32,000 bases of DNA, from the NCBI RefSeq assembly GCF_000014265.1, contig NC_008312.1:5100001-5132000 (forward strand). Direction: 5' to 3'. Positions 23,871-32,000 of this stretch are shown piece after piece (positions within the stretch are counted from its first letter, which is position 1; each line of letters begins with the position of its first letter). Made by a program: the position numbers and the translations under genes. Below the pieces are notes generated by a model. It had not been told where the DNA came from, ran no database searches, and saw only the letters and a program-made list of their open reading frames with translations. Source of the stretch: Trichodesmium erythraeum IMS101 (GTDB lineage Bacteria > Cyanobacteriota > Cyanobacteriia > Cyanobacteriales > Microcoleaceae).

Positions 23871-24053
23871 GTATAAAAGTTTTTGTCACTCATTGAGTTT
23901 ACTCCTAAAACTAATTTTTACTATATTAAGAAATTTATTTTGATTAAGGTTGACATATTTTAACGGCTCCAAAGCTTAAGTTCTTAAACCAGCTATTGTC
24001 AGTCCCTATTGTTAATTTCTTCATAGTTATTCACAATAATCACCTAAACAAAA

Positions 24054-24143
24054 TCAGGACTTACGCAGTGCTCCTATATATAGTGTTTAAGGTAATTATT
24101 TGAGACTTTTACACTACATTTGACGCCTTTCTGTAAACCCTGA
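24054..24143. mobile_element. MITE-like element (~90 bp), TCAGGACTTACGCA ... TCTGTAAACCCTGA
   Basis: Same family as 21669-21759. Lies immediately 3' of uvrC. Confidence 0.55.
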
Positions 24144-24168
24144 AAATTTGAGTTTCCTACTCCCTATT

Positions 24169-26037
24169 TTAATGAAAATAATCATAAATCTGTTGTGCCA
24201 ACTTAGGTCCGACTCCCGACACTTCTGCCAACTGTTCCACCGTTGCCATCCTAATATAATCAACAGAATGAAAATGCCCCAATAACAACTTTTGTCGATG
24301 TTGCCCTAAACCAGGAATCTCATCTAAACGCGATCGCTTCATCCTCTGACTTCTTCTATCCCGATGAAAACTCACAGCAAATCTATGAGCCTCATCCCGC
24401 AGCCTCCGCAACAACTGCACCCCCGGTTGTTCCGCATCAGTTCTTAAAGGTTCAGACTCCCCAGGCAAAAAAATCTCCTCCCGTTGTTTTGCCAAACTCA
24501 CCACCCGCACTTCTTCTAATATATTCATCTCTTCCATCACTGCCACTACTGCTGACAGTTGCCCTTTCCCACCATCTATCATAATTAAATCTGGTTTGTC
24601 TGTAGTAGTTTGTTTTTCATAGTCACGAAACCGTCGCCCAATAACCTCAGCCATACTGGCAAAATCATCAGAATGACCGGAACGCACTTCTGGGTTTTTA
24701 ATTTTATAATGTCGATAATGTTGTTTTGCTGGCAAACCGTCAATAAACACTACCCGTGATGCCACCGCATCCGAACCTTGAATGTGGGAAATATCATAAC
24801 CCTCTATCCGGTGAGGTAACTCTGGTAAATCTAAGATTTCTGCTAAATCTGTCATCGCTTCATTATTGCGATCGCTCATTTTTGCCAACCGCAATAACTC
24901 ATACTCAGCATTCTTTTTTACCATCTCAATTAATTCAGCTTTCCCCTGGCGTTGAGGTACAAAAATTTCTACTTTTTTACCCTTCTTTTCTGTTAACCAA
25001 TTTTGCAAAAAATTACTCTCCGGCAACTCATTTTGCACAATAATTTCCGTAGGAATTTCTACAGATTCTACTATTTGATAATGGGATTCTAAAACCCGCT
25101 GCAAAATTACTCCCAACTCCTGATTTTCTGCAGTTCCTAAATCAGGAATTTCAGCAATAAATCCCAACCTACCTACTAATTTTCCTGCCCGAATTTGGAA
25201 TAGTTGAACACAAGCAATTTGATGATTTCCCGCCAAAGCAATTGCATCTCTAGAAACTCTATCATCTGGTAAAGAAACTTTTTGATCAGCATTTAAAGAA
25301 TTTAAACCTCTAATTTGGTCACGAATAAATGCTGCTTTTTCAAAATTTAGCGCTTCCGCTTCTTTTTCCATTTGAGTATTTAAAATATCAATTAATTCTC
25401 CAGTTCGACCTTGAAAAATCATTGCCACTCTTTGCACAATTTTATGATATTCCTCTGGAGTAATTAACTCCTGACAAACTCCAGGGCAACGACCAATATC
25501 ATAATTCAGACAAGAGCGGTCCTTAAATAAAGGTTTTGGTCTTTGACGTAGGGGAAAAATTCGTTTAACTAAATGTAGAGTATTTCGGAGTAATCTAGTA
25601 TCCACATAAGGACCATAATAACGGTCTTTAGCTTTACCTAATCTGCGTTTTCTAGTAATAAAAATTCTCGGATAATCTTCCGACCAAGTTATACAAAGAT
25701 AGGGATATTTTTTATCATCCTTGAGTAAGACATTAAAATATGGTTGATGTTGCTTAACAAGATTAGCTTCTAATGCTAAAGCTTCAGCTTCTGTATCTGT
25801 GACAATAAATTCAATTTCAACGATTTGTTGTATCATTAAACTGATACGATGAGTGTGATTTTTTCCATCTCGAAAATAGGAACGAACTCGGTTTCTAAGT
25901 TTTTTAGATTTACCAATATAAAGGATGCGATCGCTACGATCACGCATGAGATAAACTCCCGGAGTTTGGGGAATCTCTTTGAGTCTATTTTCTAAACGTT
26001 CAGAGTCTTTTATTATAGGTAAAATTTGAGTTATCAT
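24169..26037 (-). CDS. uvrC: Excinuclease ABC subunit C
   Basis: 622 aa. N-terminal GIY-YIG ([29 protein letters not shown]), UVR motif region ([13 protein letters not shown]), RNase H-like endonuclease region, C-terminal HhH ([16 protein letters not shown]...[16 protein letters not shown]). Confidence 0.95.
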
Positions 26038-26208
26038 ACTCAGTTATCAGATTTTTAAGTTATTACTATTGCAGTTATGAGCTTTTTCAGTTAATAGTAA
26101 CTCCTACTAAAGTAGGAAGTTAGAAATAGTAAATTTTATTTTTTAATAGTGGTGCATTCTATCAGTTATTAATTAATTGTAATTAATCCACTGTAGTTGA
26201 AATAAAAT

Positions 26209-26397
26209 TTAATTCCTTGGTTCTAAAAATTCTCTATTATAAGAATTGTTAGAGATATCTTCAGATAACCAATGACATTCTAATTTTCCCGCTTCTATAG
26301 ATGGGACTTTAATCGCAAACCCATTACCATCACTTACCAAAGAAAATCCGAAACCGAGAGAGGTTCCTAGTAAAACTAAAGCAACTGTTTTAAACAT
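26209..26397 (-). CDS. Small hypothetical secreted protein (62 aa)
   Basis: ORF with a signal-peptide-like N-terminus MFKTVALVLLGTSLGFGFS. No other support. Confidence 0.35.
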   Translation of the reverse strand: MFKTVALVLLGTSLGFGFSLVSDGNGFAIKVPSIEAGKLECHWLSEDISNNSYNREFLEPRN

Positions 26398-26975
26398 TTA
26401 TATATCTCCAATAATATAGTAATTTCCACAGTTTATTGTCTATTTATAAAGCCCTTAAATATTCCTAAAAAAGCCATCCTTTATAAACATATTTCTTCAT
26501 ATCAAACTTGACAAAAGAGAGAAGTTATAAACTTGCACTTTTTCTACATATTTCCCAATAGTAAATGTATTAAAAATACGTTTTTTTATGCCAGATATGA
26601 AAAGAGATAGCTCTTCCCCATTCTTCTTTCGGGAGGAGTTAGACATAAGCCCCATCTTCCTACAAAAAAAACGGTTCTAGGAGTTCCTTATAAAGGATAG
26701 CTGAAAAAAGGGGGTTTTTGATATCCCCCTAAAAAAGGAGGTAGCTAGAAAACTCAAAATGTACCTCATAGAATAAAGACTGCTATATAAATTTAATGAC
26801 TTCTTATTTAAACTTACATAGCAAAAATCCAAATTCCGCTTATTTCCACCAATATTATTGGTAACTTGCTATTGAATAATTCATACTTTACTAATAGATA
26901 TCTACAGAAACTCTCTTCAACTTTCCTGATTTTTCATTCTTAAAGTATCTTGAAGTTTATAATCTCTAAAGTACC

Positions 26976-27344
26976 TTAACCTCCACTAATTTTAGCTTTA
27001 TAACCCAATTTAATTAAAATCTCGAGTAACTTTTGTTTATGTTCCCCCTGAATTTCAATTTCATTATCTTTAATAGTTCCACCTGCGCCACATTGATTTT
27101 TAAGTTGTTTGAGTAAAGCTGTTAAAGTTTCCTGGTTTGACTGGAAACCACTAATAACTGTGACTGTTTTTCCTTTACGACCTTTGCGAGATACTTGTAC
27201 TCTTAAGTTTTGTTGATTTGGTGGTAAATTTGGTAGTGCTCTTTCTGTCGCTGGAGAATTAGCATTATTACCAAACTCTGAATAAACCAGGCGATCGCCT
27301 TTAGAATTTTTATGATCAGATAAATTACGTTTAGAATTAGCCAT
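26976..27344 (-). CDS. SUI1/YciH-family translation initiation factor-like protein
   Basis: C-terminal ...RVQVSRKGRKGKTVTVISGF...LLKQLKNQCGAGGTIKDNEIEIQGEHKQKLLEILIKLGYKAKISGG matches the SUI1/YciH pattern. I place the start at the ATG giving MANSKRN (27342-27344) rather than the longer non-ATG ORF reaching 27401. Confidence 0.85.
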   Translation of the reverse strand: MANSKRNLSDHKNSKGDRLVYSEFGNNANSPATERALPNLPPNQQNLRVQVSRKGRKGKTVTVISGFQSNQETLTALLKQLKNQCGAGGTIKDNEIEIQGEHKQKLLEILIKLGYKAKISGG

Positions 27345-27602
27345 AATTTTCAAGTAATAAAATAATTTTTCAAGGGAGCCAGAAATAGAAAGTAATATCA
27401 AGAAAAAGCAAAAAACATTTACCTTTTTAAGAGATTAAAATTAGTCTTCAATGAAGGGATATTATTATTTATGCTACTAAAGTTATGAAGCTTGGGAAAA
27501 TATTAAATATCCGACCATACTAACATCATACCTCAGAATTTAATTTAATAAATCACTATGTCTTCTCCTATTTCCTGCTTTCTATTTCCTAATTAGCTGA
27601 TT

Positions 27603-27788
27603 TTAATCTAGCCAAATTTCCCACCAAGAACCTGATTTAGATTCTGATGTGACTGGTTTAATACTATTAATTTTTTCCCCTTTATTAATCTCACCTTCCA
27701 CTTGTTCAGCTGCCTCTTCTTTACTGTTTGCTTCAACTATTATATCTCTGATTATATCCCGATATTTGAGCATAACACGATATTTCAT
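27603..27788 (-). CDS. Small hypothetical protein (61 aa)
   Basis: ORF only (MKYRVMLKYRDIIRDIIVEANSKEEAAEQVEGEI...). Charged, alpha/beta-like composition. Confidence 0.35.
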   Translation of the reverse strand: MKYRVMLKYRDIIRDIIVEANSKEEAAEQVEGEINKGEKINSIKPVTSESKSGSWWEIWLD

Positions 27789-28018
27789 GTTTTTACCTCT
27801 TTAATTATCACTAATAGCACTACAAAAAAAACTGTTAAGAAATTAATACAGATTAAATCCTTAACAACCAATATTTTTGACTTCAAATAATAGCTTAAAG
27901 CTATATAATACGAACTTTAGCATATTCTCTGAAATATGAATAAACCGGATTTTAATTATTTAAACCCGGTTTGATCAGTTTTTTTCTAAATCTTTACCTT
28001 AACTATCATCAGAAAATA

Positions 28019-28288
28019 TTAAACAGGCTTAGTTAAATTAGAACAATATTCATCATTTACTACTTGAGAATGAATATTTATAGGTTTCATCTTTGATAAT
28101 TCTGGTAGCCTACGATTTGTAGGATGAAATATCAACTTTTTACAAACAACCTGATAATTACTCAAAGAGGCATAATCCCAAATAAAAAATTCTGATTCTC
28201 TCATTGTGCCATGAGCTGGGGATTTAAAAAATCCAGTTAGTAAGATTAATTCTAGAGTTATTAGAGCAATAACTATATACTTTAGCAT
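28019..28288 (-). CDS. Small hypothetical protein with N-terminal signal peptide or TM (89 aa)
   Basis: MLKYIVIALITLELILLTGFF hydrophobic N-terminus. ORF only. Confidence 0.35.
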   Translation of the reverse strand: MLKYIVIALITLELILLTGFFKSPAHGTMRESEFFIWDYASLSNYQVVCKKLIFHPTNRRLPELSKMKPINIHSQVVNDEYCSNLTKPV

Positions 28289-28554
28289 AAACCTCCTAGT
28301 TGAATTATAAAAATATTTAAATACCTTAAAGCTTATTTATATTGCAATAAGCTTGGTAGTCAGACTAAAACTATTATGGCATGGAATCATGATTATTAGC
28401 TTTTCAGATCAAAGAACTGCAAAAAAATATTAACTGAACTGTATTGACCTATATTTCCTCATAGTTTTTCTTTGAGTGTCAAGATAGTTATAACTAAAAT
28501 ATCATTTTTTTCTTAGTAAGTATTAAGGTCCACAGTTTCAAATATTCAGAGAAT

Positions 28555-30444
28555 TTAATACCTATCTTTGACTTTATTTTTAGCAAATAATTCTAAAGAA
28601 TATTCAATAGGTTTATCTAAATTTGAAATCACTACAAATTGATAATAACCAGAGCCGTTTGTTTCGCCTATCCATTTATTTTTTGGAGAATCTTCTATTA
28701 ATTCTCTAGACTTACCGCGAGAATTTATGGGAGAATAAATTGATAATAAAACTTGTGGATCATTAGGTTCTAATCTGACTTCCAAAATTTGTTCATCTTG
28801 TAACCAAGCCAGATAAATTTTGCCTTCCCCTGGAGAGAGAGTAGCCTTGACAACTTTCTGAAATGAACCTTTTGCAAAACGAACTTCTTCTAAAGATTTT
28901 CTCCCTTGCAAGTCTTTCATTGTATCAGTAGCGATCGCTTGCCAAACTTGACCTATGGGTAAACCAATAAGATTTCGACGACGGGTTTGCTCTGGAAATA
29001 AATTAATAAACCGAGCATCAGTCAAATCATTAAAAGCAGTACTACTAATACTTAGCCTCCTCAACTGAGCTCGCCATCGATAAATATCATCTTTGCTATA
29101 ATTACCTAATCTGCGGCGAGCATCTGGAGCTATAGTTTCTAGTTTATCTGCCAACTTATCAGCTATTGAATACCAGCGCCACTGCCATAACTGATCTTCT
29201 TGAGTTTGATCACCTAAGATCTTCCCTTTTTTTTGAGGATACTGACTGTAGAAAAATTTATCTACTAAGGAGAAAAAGAAAGATTGATCAATACCTAATT
29301 GTTGGAGGCGATCGCTCAACCTTTCTGGTTTTTCATCCACAATTATATTTTGATTAGAAGTATATTCTAACCAAAATTTACCAGCCATCCAACCTATTCC
29401 CCCCATACTAAATATTGTCACTAATACTAATAAAATTGTTGACCAAATAGAAGACTTTTGAACAACATCACTAGTTACAGGAACCTGAGAAACTGACATA
29501 GTAGTTACACTTGAAAGTTGACCGGGAGAAACAGGTGGAGTAGAAACAACGCTTGGTGGCACTTGAGTAGTAGCTAAGTTAGTACTATATGAGACATTTT
29601 TCAGTGCTGTAATAACTTGACGAGCAGTAGAAAAGCGATCGCTCGGCTTAGAAGCTAACATTTTATCCAGTACATTTCCCAGGTTTTCACTAATACTAAT
29701 TTCAATACGCCAATTAAAAGTTAAGTTGTGAACATCCGTCAACAAAGAGGGTTCCTTTCCAGTTAGTAAAACTAAAGCTGTTACTGCCAAAGCATATAGA
29801 TCGCTATCATTATTGATAACTCCTAGTCGCATTTGTTCATCTGGAGCATATCCCAATTTACCTAACCTTGTAATACCACTTTCAAGTTGAGCATACTCAG
29901 AAGCGACCTTTGTTGCTATTTCCTTCACTCCACCAAAATCAATTAATACTGGCAACTTGTCAGAAGTTTGTAGAATTATATTATCTGGAGAAATATCACG
30001 ATGAATAACTCCCAAATTATGAATATATTCCAACACTGGTAAAAGTTGCAGCAAAAACTTTATTACTTCTGCTTCCTGAAAAAGTTTGCCTTGAAGTTTC
30101 CGGTTTTCTAACAAAGCACGATAAGTTTTACCTTTTATATAATCTTGTACTAAAAATAGATATCCTTCTGCATTTAACTTATAGCGAAACATTTCTCGGA
30201 AACCAGGAATTTGGGGATGTCGTAACTTGTATAGTACACCTGCCTCCCGTTCAAATAGTTCCTGGGATTTTTGCAAGGCGTAGCTACCGTGAACTTGGGG
30301 GGCAAATTCTTTAAGTACACAGAGTTCCTGGAAACGGTGGTTATCTTCTGCGAGGTAAGTACGTCCAAAACCACCATGTCCTAATTGTTTGATAATTTTA
30401 TAGCGGTCAGTGAGTATTAGACCAGGATATATAGGGTTATTCAT
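28555..30444 (-). CDS. Membrane-spanning Ser/Thr protein kinase with extracytoplasmic C-terminal domain
   Basis: 629 aa. LGHGGFG, CVLKEF, HRDISPDNIIL, DFGGVKE, GYAPDE. Ser/Thr/Pro/Val-rich linker. TM SIWSTILLVLVTIFSMGGIGWMAG. ~270-aa C-terminal domain of unknown type. Confidence 0.9.
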   Translation of the reverse strand: MNNPIYPGLILTDRYKIIKQLGHGGFGRTYLAEDNHRFQELCVLKEFAPQVHGSYALQKSQELFEREAGVLYKLRHPQIPGFREMFRYKLNAEGYLFLVQDYIKGKTYRALLENRKLQGKLFQEAEVIKFLLQLLPVLEYIHNLGVIHRDISPDNIILQTSDKLPVLIDFGGVKEIATKVASEYAQLESGITRLGKLGYAPDEQMRLGVINNDSDLYALAVTALVLLTGKEPSLLTDVHNLTFNWRIEISISENLGNVLDKMLASKPSDRFSTARQVITALKNVSYSTNLATTQVPPSVVSTPPVSPGQLSSVTTMSVSQVPVTSDVVQKSSIWSTILLVLVTIFSMGGIGWMAGKFWLEYTSNQNIIVDEKPERLSDRLQQLGIDQSFFFSLVDKFFYSQYPQKKGKILGDQTQEDQLWQWRWYSIADKLADKLETIAPDARRRLGNYSKDDIYRWRAQLRRLSISSTAFNDLTDARFINLFPEQTRRRNLIGLPIGQVWQAIATDTMKDLQGRKSLEEVRFAKGSFQKVVKATLSPGEGKIYLAWLQDEQILEVRLEPNDPQVLLSIYSPINSRGKSRELIEDSPKNKWIGETNGSGYYQFVVISNLDKPIEYSLELFAKNKVKDRY

Positions 30445-30485
30445 AAAAACAATTGGTAATTTCAGCCTAAATTAAGTTCTATTTA

Positions 30486-30606
30486 TAGGACTTGCGCAAA
30501 AAAAAACATAGTAGTTTCTGTTATTACTAGGGGCAGCCTTTGCGGAGCAGTCCATCAGGATAGTAATTTCAAGCTAATATTTTCGTGGTGGATGGGTAAG
30601 TCCTGA
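30486..30606. mobile_element. MITE-like element (~121 bp), TAGGACTTGCGCA ... TGGGTAAGTCCTGA
   Basis: Termini are the same inverted GGACTT(A/G)C / GTAAGTCC pair as the other three copies. The interior differs. Confidence 0.5.
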
Positions 30607-32000
30607 TTTATTAGATTCGGCCATTTTAGTTATCCGTTATCAATTATCAGTACCTCCAGAATTGAAAATGTAAACTTCAAGAAGAAAAAACCGGAAAAAT
30701 TTAGCAAAAAGCAACATTTGAATTATTTTAATAACTATAGATTTTACTTAATTTATTCTATATCTAGAATAATTAATGATGTTACTGTGATAGTGATTTT
30801 AGCTAATTACCTTAACTTCATTTTTGAGGAAGTAGGTAGAGACTTTGTATATAATATCCCTACAGATTAGTAATTTGGGAAATAGGAAGTAAAAAAAAAG
30901 AAAAAAACTATACTTTAGTCATAATAGATTAGACAAAATTAATTACACAAAATTAATTTTTAACCCCCATCCAGCCTAGATATTATAATTTATAATTAAG
31001 CAAATAACTTTGTCTAATTACTGAGAAAAGCTAGCCCAGATAATTTTTCACTATAGTCGTACTTAAGTTGATACTTTTGTGTTAGTTTAGAGACCTCCTT
31101 TAATATGATTGTAAATGGATATTATCTAATTACTGCTGCTTTACCTTGAGTTAGTAATAATCTTAATTTAACAGATAAATTTTGTCATATTAAATGAAAT
31201 TTTTCACAATAATTATTGTTAGTATCTATAAAAAAATAAGCTTATTTTAATGTTTTAAAAAAAACTTATTTCTAGGATAATAGTCACATTTATAATATTA
31301 AAAATATTGTCAATATAGGCACAATTTCAATCTCAAAATAGAATATTTAATAGCTAAAGATAGAGCTACAAAGTCATAAAGAAGTTGTAAGCATATTGAT
31401 TTTTAACGTAGCCATTAAAAAGCTCAGGCTGGTTCTAAACTTGCAAATAGTAGCTTTAAAACCCCACCCTATACCCTTATATCAGCTTGGACTTTGACAG
31501 TATTTTCATCTCCTTTTTGGGCTAATTTATTCTGAATTTTACTTGTATACTTAGTCAGTATCAAGTTTCCGATTTCTGAAAATTACTATAGGCACTAGTA
31601 AATTAGGGGATTTAAATAATCCAAGAATTACAATGAAAATAATTACTCCTATAGACATTTTGCTAGAAATACCAGAAAACTTATTGATAATTTATTTGAA
31701 CATTTTTTTCTTCAGTAGACTTATTTTAGTTATCAATTGTCAGTACGCCCTATTAAAGTTTATTCTTTTCATTTTCTGAAAATGGGATAATTGAGACCTA
31801 ACTAATTTCAGAAAAATCTACTTTGCCTTTAAAAGCCATTTCCATTCCTCATAATTTCAGTTTCTCATTGAGAGTTATTTTATATTCAGTTTTCAATTTT
31901 GGCAAATCTAAATTAACTTCATATCCCTACCTTGATTTTCTATTCCCTTTTCCCTTTTTGATTAAATTTTGGGATTTGTAATTTCTCCCATAAACAAAAT

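Noticed and set aside
27345-27401. N-terminal extension of the SUI1/YciH ORF to 27401
   Set aside because: The extension begins at a non-ATG codon and encodes MILLSISGSLEKLFYYLKI, which has no counterpart in SUI1-family proteins. The ATG giving MANSKRN is the natural start.
24756-30377. Shadow ORFs opposite uvrC (24756-25043 +), near the 61-aa ORF (27702-27890 +), and within the second kinase gene (29166-29357 + antisense; 30174-30377 - alternative frame)
   Set aside because: They overlap better-supported genes and show no independent evidence.
1-32000. Search for tRNA, rRNA, tmRNA or obvious riboswitch signatures, and for convincing intrinsic terminators after 12709, 15197, 18019 and 20449
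   Set aside because: I found no T-loop/acceptor-type patterns or GC-rich stem plus U-tract structures that I could defend by eye. A covariance-model scan would be needed to exclude small RNAs.

Overview
This is an AT-rich cyanobacterial chromosome segment. I located at least 14 exact HIP1 octamers (GCGATCGC) by eye, several heptanucleotide STRR-like tandem arrays and several MITE-like repeats. Together these suggest a filamentous, Nostocales-type cyanobacterium (inference). Recognisable housekeeping genes flank the window: a cobA/hemD fusion (35-1573, -), uvrC (24169-26037, -) and a SUI1/YciH-type factor (26976-27344, -). There is also a membrane Ser/Thr kinase (28555-30444, -). The centre (2936-20449, all on the + strand) is a tightly spaced cluster of about 17.5 kb that I consider the most interesting content. 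It encodes: (1) three tandem paralogous P-loop GTPase-like proteins; (2) a 1104-aa single-pass membrane protein with two internal duplications; (3) a polytopic glycine-zipper membrane protein with a divergent FHA-like tail, translationally coupled through a TAATG overlap; (4) a secreted, C-terminally anchored vWA protein; (5) a TM-vWA-5TM-FHA-like protein; (6) after a 1.16-kb repeat-invaded gap, a soluble TerY-like vWA protein; (7) a double zinc-ribbon FHA protein; (8) a degenerate kinase fused to a PP2C phosphatase; (9) a zinc-ribbon Ser/Thr kinase with TPR repeats. The second half resembles the vWA/PP2C/kinase 'TerY-phosphorylation triad' logic and the PpkA/PppA/Fha1 logic of type VI secretion. 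The physical coupling to a triple-GTPase plus giant-adaptor module and glycine-zipper membrane proteins is not something I can assign to a characterised system. The region between the cluster and uvrC (20450-24168) is a decayed accessory zone. It holds a pilin-like ORF with a homopolymer-associated start problem, MITE-like elements, palindromic hairpin repeats and a multiply disrupted IS5-family insertion sequence. I recognised no rRNA, tRNA or CRISPR array. All domain calls come from motif reading by eye and need profile-HMM confirmation.
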